Below are positions 9,458-19,753 of a stretch of DNA of 64,000 bases, one piece after another. Under the pieces are notes generated by a model. It made no database searches. It saw only the letters and a program-made list of their open reading frames with translations, and was not told where the DNA came from. Source of the DNA: Candidatus Acidiferrales bacterium (GTDB lineage Bacteria > Chloroflexota > Dormibacteria > Aeolococcales > Aeolococcaceae); NCBI GenBank assembly GCA_035566535.1, contig DATMRA010000130.1, positions 170 to 64,169 of the forward strand. Direction: 5' to 3'. The first letter of the stretch is position 1. Each line of letters starts with the position of its first letter. The position numbers were made by a program, and so were the translations under genes.

Positions 9458-9925
9458 GCGCGGCAGCATTCCGCCTGCTTCGCTGAGGCAGCGGCCGGCG
9501 TGGGTACGCAGGTCGGCCACCGCGGCCTGAATGCCCGCGGCGCCGGCATACGCTGGCGCCTGAAGGAGCCGCAGGGCCCACGCCAGCTCGTCGACCGCGA
9601 CGCTCAGCAGGGCGTGCACTCCGAGCAACGGTTCTGTCAGCGTCGCGGGATCCAGCTGCTGGAGCTGCTGCGCGCACCCGTCCAGCAGACGGCGGGTCGC
9701 GCGGAGGCTGTCTGGGGAATCACGAACAGCCGCAGGACCCGGCGACGCGACGCTGCCGCTCGCGACGGCCTCGGCCAGCGCCGCGGCGGCGGTCTCGCCG
9801 CCGGCCAGTGCACGGCGCATGAGACCGATTGGGTCGGGCGGGCGCGACGCTGACCCGCCGAAGCTGCGGTACGCGACAACCAACAGCCCCAGCGCCACCA
9901 CTCCGGCAACGATGTACGGAATCAC
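9422..9925 (-). CDS. Hypothetical N-terminally membrane-anchored protein
   Basis: 167 aa, N-terminal TM (IVAGVVALGLLVVAY), located 38 nt downstream of infA on the same strand. The competing plus-strand ORF is Arg-rich. Confidence 0.4.
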   Translation of the reverse strand: MIPYIVAGVVALGLLVVAYRSFGGSASRPPDPIGLMRRALAGGETAAAALAEAVASGSVASPGPAAVRDSPDSLRATRRLLDGCAQQLQQLDPATLTEPLLGVHALLSVAVDELAWALRLLQAPAYAGAAGIQAAVADLRTHAGRCLSEAGGMLPRSDVAEEVGGAP

Positions 9926-9962
9926 GGACGGATTCCGCTCGCCATGGAGCGGGGCTCCCGGG

Positions 9963-10157
9963 CTACTTGTAGCGGAAGGTGATGCGCCCGCGGCTGAGGT
10001 CGTACGGGCTCAGCTCGACGCGCACGCGGTCGCCGATGAGTATCCGGATATAGAACTTGCGCATCTTTCCCGAGGTATATGCGAGCACTTCCTGGCCGGT
10101 CTGCAACCGAACCTTGAACATCGCGTTGGGAAGGGGTTCGACAACGGTGGCGTCCAT
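9963..10157 (-). CDS. infA: Translation initiation factor IF-1
   Basis: C-terminal 64 aa [64 protein letters not shown] is near-identical to bacterial IF-1. The conserved residues KEETIE precede the ATG in frame but no canonical start codon is visible there, so the true start is uncertain, possibly at or before 10181. Confidence 0.85.
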   Translation of the reverse strand: MDATVVEPLPNAMFKVRLQTGQEVLAYTSGKMRKFYIRILIGDRVRVELSPYDLSRGRITFRYK

Positions 10158-10327
10158 CTCGATCGTCTCTTCCTTGACGTCCGCGACAGCACCTTCTCCA
10201 GCCGCCGAAGGGGTTCGCCGGCTGGGGCCGCGCCGCCGGGTGCCGCCCGGACGAGGTGGGCGTCGTGCCAAAGGATCTCCGTACGCGTGAACTGGATTTT
10301 GCTGCCGGAGGGTAGCATGGCTGCAAG

Positions 10328-13300
10328 ATGGCAACGGAACTCGCGTCCCCCTTCCTTGACGCACTGTCGAAGCGCGTGCTCGTTTTCGACGGCGCCATGG
10401 GCACGAGCCTGCAGGCAGCGAACCCGACCACCGCGGATTTCGGTGGAACCGCCCTCGAAGGCTGGATGGATGGCCTGGTGCTCCACGCACCGGGGATCGT
10501 CGAAGAGGTGCATCGCTCATTCCTCGAAGCGGGCTGTGATGCCGTGGAGACGTGCTCATTCCAGGCATCGCGCCTGCGTCTGGCGGAGTGGGGCCAGGCG
10601 GATCGGACCCGCGAACTCAACGCCACCGCGGCGGGACTCGCGCGCCGGCTCTGCGACGAGTACGCGACAGCAGCGCAGCCGCGGTTCGTCGTGGGGAGCA
10701 TGGGACCGACCGGCTTCCTTCCCGCATCCACCGATCCCACGCTGGGCAACATCACATTCTCGGAGCTGGTCAGCTCCTTCACGGAGCAGGCGCTCGGGCT
10801 CGTCGAGGGCGGAAGCGACTGCCTGATTATCGAGACAGCACAGGACATCCTGGAGGTGAAGGCTGCGGTCTTCGCGGCGCGAGCAGCATTCGGCCAGCTG
10901 CAACGGACCGTGCCGATCATCGCGTCGATGAGCCTCGACGTCACTGGCAGGATGTTGCTGGGAACGGACATCGCCGCCGTGCTCACCATCCTCGAAGCCC
11001 TCAACGTGGATGTCATCGGCCTCAATTGCTCCACCGGGCCGGATTACATGCGTGAGCCAATCCGCTACCTCTGCGAGCAGAGCACCAAGCCAGTGTCGTG
11101 CGTGCCCAACGCCGGCCTCCCCATCAACGTCGATGGACGCGCGTGCTACCAGCTGGAGCCTGTCCCGATGGCAGAGCAGATGGTCAAATTCATCACGGAC
11201 TTCGGCGTATCAATCGTCGGCGGCTGTTGCGGCACGACGCCGGAGCACCTTCGTGAGCTGATCGCCCGCGTGAACGTCGCGACTCCGGCGGCGCGGCGCT
11301 ACCAGGGCGAGGCGCGTCTTGCCAGCAGCATGCGCGCCATTGAGCTTCGCCAGCAACCAGCGCCCCTTCTGATCGGCGAACGCGTGAACGCACAGGGATC
11401 GCGAGTCGTCAAGAAGATGCTCCTCGACGACGACTACGACGGAGTTCTCGGCGTCGCGCGAGGCCAAGTTGAGGGCGGCGCCCACGCTCTCGACGTGTGC
11501 GTCGCCGTCACCGAACGCTCCGACGAGGCTGCACAGATGCGGGCTGTGGTGAAAACACTCCAGGCGAGCGTCGACACGCCGCTTGTGATCGACAGCACCG
11601 ATGCTGACGTGATCCAGGCCGCACTCGAAGCAAACCCGGGCCGGCCCATCGTGAACAGCGTCAACCTGGAGAACGGACGCCTGCGCTGCGACGCCGTGCT
11701 CCCGCTGGTGCGCGACCACGGGGCGTGCGTCATCGCACTCACCATCGACGAGCAGGGGATGGCTCGCACCGCGGAGCGCAAGCTCGAAGTGGCGCGCCGC
11801 ATCCACGACCTCGCGTGCACGGAATATGGGCTGACGCCGGATCAGCTGCTGTTCGATGCGCTGACGTTCACCCTCGCAACAGGCGAGCAGGAGTGGATCG
11901 ACTCCGCGCACGAGACCATTGAGGGCATCCGGACGATCAAGCGCGAGCTTCCGGGCGTGCTCACCGTCCTGGGCGTGTCGAACGTTTCCTTCGGCCTTTC
12001 CACGCAGGCTCGACCCGTGCTCAACAGCGTTTTCCTCCACCACTGTGTGGAGGCGGGCCTGGACGCAGCGATCATCAACCCGGCGCACGTCGTCCCGTAC
12101 GCGGAGATCGATTCCGTGGCGCGCCGCCTCGCGGAGGATCTCATCCACAACCGCAACCCGGATGCCCTCACGGCATTCATCGCGCACTTCGACGCCTCGG
12201 CCATAGAGCCGAGCGCAGGCAAGGACGCGGTGGATCGTTTCGCGGGCATGGCTCCGGCGGAGCGCATCCACGCGCAGATCCTGCACCGGCGGAAGGACGG
12301 GATCGAGGAGCAGATCGACCTAGCCTTGCTCGAGCGCGACCCCGTCGCTGTGTTGAACGAGGTCCTGCTGCCGGCGATGAAGGACGTGGGCGATCGCTTC
12401 GGAGCCGGGGAGTTGATCCTGCCCTTCGTGCTGCAGAGCGCGGAGGTCATGAAGCGCGCCGTCGCGCACCTCGAGCAGTTCCTGGAGAAACGCGAGGGGT
12501 ACACGAAAGGAAAGGTTGTGCTGGCCACCGTCTTCGGTGACGTTCATGACATCGGCAAGAACCTCGTCAACACAATCCTGAGCAACAACGGATACACGGT
12601 GTTCGACCTCGGCAAGCAGGTGCCGCTCACAACCATCATCGAGAAGGCGGAGGAGGTTGATGCCGACGCTATCGGTCTCTCCGCGCTGCTGGTCAGCACC
12701 AGCAAGCAGATGCCGCTCTGCGTCAAGGAGCTCGACGAGCGCGGCCTCGCGTATCCGCTGATCATCGGCGGCGCCGCCATCAACCGCGGATTCGGCAGGC
12801 GAATCCTGTTTCTCGAGCAGGATCGCGTGTACGAACCGGGCGTCTTCTACTGCAAGGACGCGTTCGAGGGCCTGGCCACCGTGGATCAGCTGCTCGACCC
12901 GGAGCGCAGGCGCACGCTGCAGGCGAGCGCACGCGAGGAAGCACTGGTGCATCGCGAACGCGAGCGCGAGAAGGTTGAGCGCCGCGAGGCGGCCGCGAGT
13001 GGCAACGGATCCGTCCCTGCTCGAAGTGACACGCGCATGGACGCACCCATTCCCGCGCCCCCGTTCTGGGGTGCGCGTGCGTTGCATGACATTCCCATCT
13101 GGGACGTGCATCCGTTCATCGATCGCAATTCGCTGTTCAAGATGAGCTGGCAATTCCGCGGGGTGCGCGACCCGGACGTCTGGAGGGCCCTGCTCACCGA
13201 CGAGCTGGAGCCGCGACTCAAGCGGTCCATGCACGAGGCGGAGACCGAAGGCTGGCTCGAACTCCAGGCCGTATATGGCTACTGGCCGGCCCTCGCCGAC

Positions 13301-13885
13301 GGCGACACGGTGGTTGTGTACGACCCGGGTGATATCGACCGAGAACTCGGGCGCTTCCATTTCCCGCGCCAGTCAGCGCAGAACCGGCTGTGCCTCGCCG
13401 ACTATGTGCGTCCCACCGATCGGGTCGCAGACGGCGAGCGCGACGTTGTGGCGCTGCAGATCGTCACCACCGGACCGGGCGCCTCGCTGCGCTCGAACGA
13501 ATTGCAGGCCGCCGGCGAATACGACGACATGCTCCGCGTGCACGGCTTCGCGACACAGATGGCGGAAGCCACTGCGGAGTACGTGCATCACCGGATCCGT
13601 CGCGAGCTGCGGCTGCCTGATGAGCAGGGCCGCCGCTACTCGTGGGGCTACCCGTCGTGCCCCGACCTGCAGGATCACGAGGTGCTGTTCGGCATCGTCC
13701 CGACATCCGAAATCGGCGTGACACTCACGACCGGCTACCAGCTCGTCCCGGAGCAGTCGACGGCCGCAATCGTCCTGCACCATCCCGAGGCGCGCTACTT
13801 CGCCGTCTACGGCAGTGGCGACGTCAACGCCGACGAGCCGATTCCCGGCGCACCCGAGCCGGCTCTGTCAGCGGAACGCGACTGA
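10328..13885 (+). CDS. metH: Cobalamin-dependent methionine synthase
   Basis: 1185 aa containing the homocysteine S-methyltransferase, pterin-binding, B12-binding (DxHxxG-like GDVHDIGKN) and AdoMet-activation domains in the canonical order. Confidence 0.95.
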   Translation: MATELASPFLDALSKRVLVFDGAMGTSLQAANPTTADFGGTALEGWMDGLVLHAPGIVEEVHRSFLEAGCDAVETCSFQASRLRLAEWGQADRTRELNATAAGLARRLCDEYATAAQPRFVVGSMGPTGFLPASTDPTLGNITFSELVSSFTEQALGLVEGGSDCLIIETAQDILEVKAAVFAARAAFGQLQRTVPIIASMSLDVTGRMLLGTDIAAVLTILEALNVDVIGLNCSTGPDYMREPIRYLCEQSTKPVSCVPNAGLPINVDGRACYQLEPVPMAEQMVKFITDFGVSIVGGCCGTTPEHLRELIARVNVATPAARRYQGEARLASSMRAIELRQQPAPLLIGERVNAQGSRVVKKMLLDDDYDGVLGVARGQVEGGAHALDVCVAVTERSDEAAQMRAVVKTLQASVDTPLVIDSTDADVIQAALEANPGRPIVNSVNLENGRLRCDAVLPLVRDHGACVIALTIDEQGMARTAERKLEVARRIHDLACTEYGLTPDQLLFDALTFTLATGEQEWIDSAHETIEGIRTIKRELPGVLTVLGVSNVSFGLSTQARPVLNSVFLHHCVEAGLDAAIINPAHVVPYAEIDSVARRLAEDLIHNRNPDALTAFIAHFDASAIEPSAGKDAVDRFAGMAPAERIHAQILHRRKDGIEEQIDLALLERDPVAVLNEVLLPAMKDVGDRFGAGELILPFVLQSAEVMKRAVAHLEQFLEKREGYTKGKVVLATVFGDVHDIGKNLVNTILSNNGYTVFDLGKQVPLTTIIEKAEEVDADAIGLSALLVSTSKQMPLCVKELDERGLAYPLIIGGAAINRGFGRRILFLEQDRVYEPGVFYCKDAFEGLATVDQLLDPERRRTLQASAREEALVHREREREKVERREAAASGNGSVPARSDTRMDAPIPAPPFWGARALHDIPIWDVHPFIDRNSLFKMSWQFRGVRDPDVWRALLTDELEPRLKRSMHEAETEGWLELQAVYGYWPALADGDTVVVYDPGDIDRELGRFHFPRQSAQNRLCLADYVRPTDRVADGERDVVALQIVTTGPGASLRSNELQAAGEYDDMLRVHGFATQMAEATAEYVHHRIRRELRLPDEQGRRYSWGYPSCPDLQDHEVLFGIVPTSEIGVTLTTGYQLVPEQSTAAIVLHHPEARYFAVYGSGDVNADEPIPGAPEPALSAERD

Positions 13886-13911
13886 GCGGCTAACGGCTCT
13901 GGTCGCCTCCT

Positions 13912-14053
13912 GCGAACGGAGCGGCAGCCTGTGAAGGGAGGTCGCGCAGGCGAACCGGCACGTGGTTGGAGCGGAGGGTGAGCCGAGCGCCAGCGGCGCG
14001 GCCCCAGAGGGGCTGCGACCGCGACCCGAAACAGGCTGTCGATCCGTTCGCCA
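13912..14053. repeat. Family-B structured intergenic element, copy 1 (about 142 bp). Conserved core flanked by a locus-specific roughly 21-bp inverted repeat.
   Basis: The core ggttggagcggagggtgagccgagcgccagcggcgcggccccagaggggctgcgac is similar to copies at 39821-39900, 44387-44465 and 51419-51495. The flanks gcgaacggagcggcagcctgt and acaggctgtcgatccgttcgcc are reverse-complementary. Lies 27 nt after the metH stop. Confidence 0.7.
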
Positions 14054-14077
14054 GACCACGCCGAAGCCGCGAATCGC

Positions 14078-14371
14078 TCAGTCGGTGTAGCGACGGATCC
14101 GGTCGGTCTCCGCTTCGTGCTCGCCGCGGTACAGCCCGCACGTCTCCGGCTCGCCGATGCATGGTGGCACCGGGTGGCGCCCGGTAAAGCGGTGCGTGCG
14201 CCGGTCGACGTGGCAGTCGGCCTTGTAGCGGGTCAGCATGCCGAACGGACCCGCGCTCTCTTTCAGGATCTGTTCGAGGTACGGACAGCGCCGGTGATGG
14301 AGCGGAAGAGACTGCCGCGGCGCGGCCGGCTGGCGATCAGGCCGCGGTGGAGGCGGTGGTTCCGCGCGCAT
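14078..14371 (-). CDS. Hypothetical small Cys-containing protein (possibly shorter, starting at MLTRYK)
   Basis: 97-aa ORF with four Cys (CPYL...DCHVD...PPCIGEPETCG). No family recognised with confidence, and the high-GC background makes spurious ORFs common. Confidence 0.25.
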   Translation of the reverse strand: MRAEPPPPPRPDRQPAAPRQSLPLHHRRCPYLEQILKESAGPFGMLTRYKADCHVDRRTHRFTGRHPVPPCIGEPETCGLYRGEHEAETDRIRRYTD

Positions 14372-14401
14372 CCTGGTTCACGTTTCCTTGGTTCGCTTGT
14401 A

Positions 14402-14767
14402 TCAGGAGGCGAGCATTGCCTGGATGCGCGAGGCCAGCTCCTTGATTTTGAAGGGCTTGGCCAGCGTCTGCACGTTGCCGTACGCCTCCAGCTTCGGCGC
14501 TGTCGACGCATTGACGAGTGCGCTGACGACGAGCACCTTGGGTCCGTTTCCATGGTCTGCGCGAATCTTTTCGAGGACCTGCGTGCCGCTCAGATCGCCT
14601 GGCAGCATGAGGTCGAGCAGGATGAGGTCGGGTTGAAACTCGTTGAAAACCGTGAGCCCTTCGTCTCCGCTCTTCGCCACCTTGACCTCGTATCCCTCCA
14701 TGGTGCAGAGCAGGGACTCGATGTCGGCGAGCGCGTAATAGTCCTCGATGATCAGGACCTTCTTCAT
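14402..14767 (-). CDS. Stand-alone CheY-like response regulator receiver domain protein
   Basis: 121 aa from ATG 14765-14767: MKKVLIIEDYYALADIES...DLILLDLMLPG...KPF. Has the receiver-domain acidic pocket and conserved K, and no output domain. Confidence 0.8.
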   Translation of the reverse strand: MKKVLIIEDYYALADIESLLCTMEGYEVKVAKSGDEGLTVFNEFQPDLILLDLMLPGDLSGTQVLEKIRADHGNGPKVLVVSALVNASTAPKLEAYGNVQTLAKPFKIKELASRIQAMLAS

Positions 14768-14877
14768 ATCTCCATCTGCTTCCGAAAGTTGGGCCGCCGC
14801 CGCAGGGAGCATAGCACGGTCAAATCCGCCGATCCCGAGGTCACGCAGCAGGCCCTGACGCCGCTGGGAAAGGGCTT

Positions 14878-16050
14878 TCAGCCCTTGCGGTCGATGATCG
14901 TGGCGGTGCCCAGGCCACCGCCGCAGCACATCGTTTCCAGCCCGTAGCGCGCGTCGCGCCGCTCCAGCTCGTGAAGCAGCGTGGTCATGAGCCGCGCCCC
15001 GGTGGCGCCGAGCGGGTGACCGAGCGCGATGGCGCCACCGTTGACGTTCACCCGCTCCATGTCCGGGTGGTGCTCTTTTTCCCAGGCCAGCACGACGGGC
15101 GCGAAAGCCTCGTTCACCTCGAAGAGATCGATGTCATTGACGACGAGCCCCGCGCGGCCCAGCACCTTCGCCGTGGCGGGGATGGGTCCGGTCAGCATCG
15201 TCACCGGGTCCACGCCGACCACCGCCTGGGCGACGATCCTCGCCCGCGGCTTGATGCCCAGCTCGGCCGCCCGGCGCGCCGACATGAGGAGAACTGCGGC
15301 GGCTCCGTCGGTGATCTGCGAAGAGTTGCCCGCGTGGAGAATGCCATCGGGCTTGAACGACGGTTGCAGTTGGGCAAGCACATCGACTGTCGTGTCGGGC
15401 CGGATTCCCTGGTCCTGGCTGACCACGCGACCGTCACCGTTCGCACCGACGACGACAGGTGCGATCTCGCGGTCGAACCGTCCTGCGGTCTGAGCAGCGG
15501 CTGCGCGCTGCTGCGACTGAACGGCGAAGGCATCCGCCTCGTCGCGGGTGATGGCCCACTGTTCGGCGATCATCTCCGCGGCGAGACCCTGGGGTACGAG
15601 GTTGTAGTGCTCGAGCAATTCGGGCGGAAACGGCGTGCCCGGACCTTGCAGAACGGTGGACCCCATGGGCACACGACTCATGCTCTCGACGCCCGCGGCG
15701 ATGGTGATGTCGCAGACACCGGACTGGATGAGATTCGCGGCAAAGTGGATCGCCTGCTGCGACGAACCGCATTGACGGTCGACCGTGGTGCCAGGCACCT
15801 CGACGGGGAACCCCGCTGCCAGGAGCGCCTGGCGCGCAACGTTGACACTCTGCTCACCGGTCTGACTGACGCACCCCATCACGACATCGTCGACCAGCGC
15901 TGGGTCGAGCCCTGCGCGACTCGTCACCTCATTCAGCACGTGCGCGGCGAGCAGCACCGGGTGCATCTCGCGGAGATCTCCGTTCTTCAGCGACCCGCGT
16001 GCGAGCGGCGTGCGCACCGCCTCGACAATTACGACATCGTCCATATCCAA
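14878..16050 (-). CDS. Acetyl-CoA C-acetyltransferase (thiolase II)
   Basis: 390 aa. Matches the thiolase family along its full length (active-site Cys region CGSSQQAI, C-terminal GLETMCCGGGLG). Confidence 0.9.
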   Translation of the reverse strand: MDMDDVVIVEAVRTPLARGSLKNGDLREMHPVLLAAHVLNEVTSRAGLDPALVDDVVMGCVSQTGEQSVNVARQALLAAGFPVEVPGTTVDRQCGSSQQAIHFAANLIQSGVCDITIAAGVESMSRVPMGSTVLQGPGTPFPPELLEHYNLVPQGLAAEMIAEQWAITRDEADAFAVQSQQRAAAAQTAGRFDREIAPVVVGANGDGRVVSQDQGIRPDTTVDVLAQLQPSFKPDGILHAGNSSQITDGAAAVLLMSARRAAELGIKPRARIVAQAVVGVDPVTMLTGPIPATAKVLGRAGLVVNDIDLFEVNEAFAPVVLAWEKEHHPDMERVNVNGGAIALGHPLGATGARLMTTLLHELERRDARYGLETMCCGGGLGTATIIDRKG

Positions 16051-16111
16051 CTCTCCCTCGGTCCTCTCGCGAACATTATCAGGATGGGGAAAAGCGCCCG
16101 CCTCATCGAAT

Positions 16112-17794
16112 TCACGCCAGGCGGTACACGATGACCAGCGTGCGCGGCGAGGCCTGAGGCGCCAGCGGATCGACGGGGGCTCGCTCTGTGTCGATCACCT
16201 GCGCCGAGGTGCGTGGGGGCGGGTCACTAGGGCCGAGCACGAGCACGTCGCCGGGTTGCGCCGACTGCTCGGCAGCGGAAGGATCCGAGACACGCACGCC
16301 GAGCATGTCGAGGCCCCGCCCCGAGGAGTCGCTGGCAGGCGACGTGGGCGGCGGCGGCAGCAGCGCCACAAACGCGTCGATGTACGGCTGCTCGTTCAGC
16401 GTGGACGAGATGTACACGGTGTGCCCGTTCGCCGCCTGAGCAGCGGCGAGCACAGCGGGCACGGCGCCTGTGTCGAAAGCCTCCCCCGCACGCACAGGAT
16501 ATGAGGTGTACATGTCAACCGTGTACAGCGCACCCTGGACGACGAGTGCAGCCGTGAGTAGCGCGGGGATCACCGGGCGGCGAGCGGTGATCGTCCTGAT
16601 GGAGCCCATCCCGTAGGCCGCAAGTACGAAAAGGAAGGGCAGCATGATCGCGCCGCGCAGAGCGTGGGGCACCGGGTACGTGAGCGCGCCGGCGACAGGG
16701 CCGAGGAGCAGACACAGCAGGGTGAAGCGCGGCAGCAGCTCTGCACGCCGCTTCCAGCACGCCCACAGTCCGAGCAGGAGAAGCGGGAGCATGACGGCCA
16801 GCAGCATCCCCGCGTAGCCCGTGTTGTGCCGCAGATTTGCATCGCCGTGTATGAACAGAAAGTCGGGCGAGAAGAACTGGATGTAGTTGGAGAGAAAGCG
16901 CCCGGCCAGCGCCGGCAGCGTGGGGTGATCCGTGCCGATGTTCACCACGGAGAACTCCGCCGTCAACGCGCCCGGATGTTGCAGCGACCAGACACCAAGC
17001 ACGGCGTACCCAGCGACAACCGGCACCAGCGCGAGCCACCATTGCCGCCGGTGCCGGTAGACGAGTGCGAAAGCCACAGCAAAGAGGAGGATCTCAAGCC
17101 TCCCGGCGCTGTACGCGAATATGGAGATGGCGAGGAAGACGCCGGCGAGTGCAAACCGGGCCGGCGAGACGCGGGAGTCGTCCGCAAGACACCAGACGGC
17201 CACGGCCATGGTCGCCACCAGGGCGATCACCTCGAATCCAACCCGGCTCTCCTGGGTCAGCCACGGCGTCAGCGCGGCGAGTGCCGCGACGAACAGGGTG
17301 ACGCCGCGTGAGCGGCTGATCCGCCACGCGGCCAGGCTGATGAACAGGACCGCGATAACGCCGAACACCACGGCAGGTAGGCGCTCGACCGTCGCGGTCA
17401 CCGGCAGAACGCGCAGGAATGGGACCAGCGTGTAGATGTAGAGCGGATTCTTGTACTCGCCAAAGGCCTGAAAGTACAAGGGAAGATGAAAGCCGTGCTC
17501 GTCCACGCCGTAGTGTGCAATCGCCCATGCGTTGTAGCCGATCGACGCTTCGTCGACGTACATGCCGGGAGGGGTACGATCGAGGCCCAGCAGGTTGCGG
17601 GCGAGCAGAGCGACACCGATGGCGCCGAACGCAAGCACCCAGAGGGCGGCGTTGCGTTGCGCGCCGCCCCGGCGCGCGTCACCCACCCGCGCTGGCGGAG
17701 ACGAAATCGCGAAACAGGCGGCGCGACCACTCGTGACCTGCGTACAGGTCTTCCGGGTGGCACTGCACGCCGACAACAAACCGGCGGCTCTCAT
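16112..17794 (-). CDS. GT-C fold glycosyltransferase (ArnT/PMT-like, GT39/GT83 family) polytopic membrane protein
   Basis: 560 aa with more than 10 TM segments and an N-terminal loop DE motif (MYVDEASIGYNAW) typical of PMT/ArnT mannosyl/arabinosyl transferases. The annotated 5' end overlaps the upstream gene by about 115 nt, so the true start is probably an internal GTG/TTG. Confidence 0.6.
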   Translation of the reverse strand: MRAAGLLSACSATRKTCTQVTSGRAACFAISSPPARVGDARRGGAQRNAALWVLAFGAIGVALLARNLLGLDRTPPGMYVDEASIGYNAWAIAHYGVDEHGFHLPLYFQAFGEYKNPLYIYTLVPFLRVLPVTATVERLPAVVFGVIAVLFISLAAWRISRSRGVTLFVAALAALTPWLTQESRVGFEVIALVATMAVAVWCLADDSRVSPARFALAGVFLAISIFAYSAGRLEILLFAVAFALVYRHRRQWWLALVPVVAGYAVLGVWSLQHPGALTAEFSVVNIGTDHPTLPALAGRFLSNYIQFFSPDFLFIHGDANLRHNTGYAGMLLAVMLPLLLLGLWACWKRRAELLPRFTLLCLLLGPVAGALTYPVPHALRGAIMLPFLFVLAAYGMGSIRTITARRPVIPALLTAALVVQGALYTVDMYTSYPVRAGEAFDTGAVPAVLAAAQAANGHTVYISSTLNEQPYIDAFVALLPPPPTSPASDSSGRGLDMLGVRVSDPSAAEQSAQPGDVLVLGPSDPPPRTSAQVIDTERAPVDPLAPQASPRTLVIVYRLA

Positions 17795-18401
17795 CTTCGA
17801 CGGCCTCGATCACGCCGTCCGTTGAAAACGCTGTCACGGTGAGCGACGGCGCGGGGTCGCGAATCGCCTGGTGATGCCGGCTGTTCACCTCGATGACATC
17901 CGCTCCCGTGAGGTCGCGCAACCGTGAGCCCCGCTCGACGGTCAGCTGATGCACGACGTCTCGATGCGACTCAGCGTGGTCGTGCCGCAACGCACCGTCG
18001 AACTGCACCAGCAGGTCCTGCCACAGGGTGCCTCCGAGCGCCACGTTGAGCACCTGGGCGCCGCGGCAGATCGCGAGCAACGGCTTGCCGTCCGCGATTG
18101 CCCAGCTGATGAGCGCGGTCTCGACGTCGTCGAGCTCGGCGTCGGCATCGACACGGCAGTCGCGACGCTCCTCCTCTCCGTACAGCCTCGGCTGCACATC
18201 CGGACCACCCGGTACGCATATCGCATCGCAGCGGTCGTACAGGGCGCGCAGACGATCGGCGCGGACGGAGATGGGCAATGACATCACCGCGGCGCCGCCG
18301 CCATCCAGAGCTTCGTAGTAGGCGCGGTTGCGCATGAGGTAGGGCGGCCGTCCATTACCGGCGATCGGGCGCAGCGTGAGACCCACGACCGGCACTGACA
18401 T
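17679..18401 (-). CDS. Class-I glutamine amidotransferase-like gamma-glutamyl hydrolase (peptidase C26, PuuD-like)
   Basis: 240 aa carrying the catalytic Cys in LAICRGAQ and the HH motif (NSRHHQAI) of the C26 family. Confidence 0.8.
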   Translation of the reverse strand: MSVPVVGLTLRPIAGNGRPPYLMRNRAYYEALDGGGAAVMSLPISVRADRLRALYDRCDAICVPGGPDVQPRLYGEEERRDCRVDADAELDDVETALISWAIADGKPLLAICRGAQVLNVALGGTLWQDLLVQFDGALRHDHAESHRDVVHQLTVERGSRLRDLTGADVIEVNSRHHQAIRDPAPSLTVTAFSTDGVIEAVEDESRRFVVGVQCHPEDLYAGHEWSRRLFRDFVSASAGG

Positions 18402-18424
18402 GTCCAGATCCTAGATCGGCGACG

Positions 18425-19753
18425 TTACGACGTGAACGCGAAGTGGCCGAGATGCAGCCACGGTGACAGGACTCCACTCTCACCCTCCTCGAGCTCGAGG
18501 AGCCGATCCCGCGAGACGCCGTGCACATCGTTGAGCGCGTCGACGATGCTCTGGGTGAAGCGCAGATCGTTCACAGGGGCGCCCAGCTTTCCGTTCTCGA
18601 TGAGAAACGTCCCGTCACGGGTCATGCCCGTGATGATCGTGCGCAGGGGATGAACGTCGCGGACGTACCAGAAGCGTGTGACATAGAGCCCGCGCTTCAC
18701 CGCGCCGACCAGCTCGTCGACCGTGCGGTCGCCCGCAGCCATATGCATGTGCCGCGGGAAGGGTCCCCAGGTGTTGGGTTGCGGCAGCGAGTGGCCCGTC
18801 GACTCGACGCCGTCGCGCAGTGCCGTCGGGGTGTCGTAGACGAAACTCGCGCACACGCCGCGCTCGACGAGGTTCACAACGCGCGTGGACACGCCCTCGT
18901 CGTCGAACGGGTAGGGAAAGAGCTGGGGATCGCGACAGTCGTCGGCGATCGTGACCGTGTCGCTCATCAGCTGCTCGCCAAGCCGCATGAAACTGCGGTG
19001 CTCCTGTTTGGCGAGGGCGCTGAAGCCGACCCACGAGAGGTGACCGAGCAGGTCGGCGACCGCGTACGGTGAGAGAACAACCTCATACAGGCCCGGCTCG
19101 ACGGGGTGCGCGTTCTGGTTGCGCATGCACGTGTCCACGGCCTCCGTCGCGAGCCCTTCGACGTCGATCGACTCGACATCCGGAGAATGCCGAGCGGCAT
19201 AGCCGGAGCCGTTCTCACCGCGCACCAGCGCGATCATGCTTGCCTGCGTCGAGGTCGCCGCTCGCCGCAGCCCGCGCGTGTTCACCAGGGCGGTGCCGGT
19301 CGTTTGTGTGCTCACGAAGCCATACGCCCGCAGACCCTGCGCTGCGGCCAGGCGCGTGACGGCGCCCACCATGTCGGCGCGAGCCTCCGGCGATGCGGCC
19401 GCCGTGGCCTCGCTGAACGCGACCGGTGTGTCATCACCGCCGTCGGGAGCCGGCAGCGGCGCGACATCCTCACGCGCCGAGATTCGGCGCGCGTCTTCCG
19501 CGGCTGCTGCGACACGTGCAGCCGATCCCGCTGCCTCGCCCCGCACCTCGGCCACTCCTACTCGGCTGTCTGCCAGCACGCGCGCGCGGAGTCGAAGCCC
19601 CGACTCGGCGACGTTCTGGTGAATGATGCTGGCCGCATAGCGCGTCAGCTCGACCTCCGACGCGACGGCGACCGCTTCGGCGCCGTCGCCGGTCGCGTGG
19701 GCCAGCACCGCATCCGCGGCGCCGAGGAGCTCGTCACGACTGCGGGGCGTCAC
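18425..19753 (-). CDS. tldE: TldE/PmbA family metalloprotease modulator
   Basis: Paralogous to the adjacent TldD and matches the PmbA_TldD fold. The start is assigned to the GTG (19751-19753) that overlaps the tldD stop (GTGA). Confidence 0.8.
   Translation of the reverse strand: MTPRSRDELLGAADAVLAHATGDGAEAVAVASEVELTRYAASIIHQNVAESGLRLRARVLADSRVGVAEVRGEAAGSAARVAAAAEDARRISAREDVAPLPAPDGGDDTPVAFSEATAAASPEARADMVGAVTRLAAAQGLRAYGFVSTQTTGTALVNTRGLRRAATSTQASMIALVRGENGSGYAARHSPDVESIDVEGLATEAVDTCMRNQNAHPVEPGLYEVVLSPYAVADLLGHLSWVGFSALAKQEHRSFMRLGEQLMSDTVTIADDCRDPQLFPYPFDDEGVSTRVVNLVERGVCASFVYDTPTALRDGVESTGHSLPQPNTWGPFPRHMHMAAGDRTVDELVGAVKRGLYVTRFWYVRDVHPLRTIITGMTRDGTFLIENGKLGAPVNDLRFTQSIVDALNDVHGVSRDRLLELEEGESGVLSPWLHLGHFAFTS

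Noticed and set aside
10158-10327. Possible cobalamin or SAM riboswitch upstream of metH
   Set aside because: Only about 170 nt separate infA and metH, and no B12-box or SAM-I conserved motifs are visible. The region is probably just a divergent promoter.
10158-10568. N-terminal 137-aa extension of the infA ORF (start at 10568)
   Set aside because: Arg/Pro-rich low-complexity sequence overlapping the metH 5' end. Real IF-1 is about 72 aa.
9922-13360. Long minus-strand ORFs (9922-11034, 11210-12286, 12320-13360) and many Arg/Pro-rich ORFs on both strands
   Set aside because: They lie antisense to the well-supported metH CDS. Such ORFs are a high-GC artefact: biased composition (R/A/G/P-rich) and no domain signatures.
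16112-17794. Whether the GT-C glycosyltransferase really overlaps the gamma-glutamyl hydrolase gene by about 115 nt
   Set aside because: The overlap is probably an artefact of calling the longest ORF. The first TM starts after the overlap, so a downstream non-ATG start is more likely. Kept as a single feature with the caveat.
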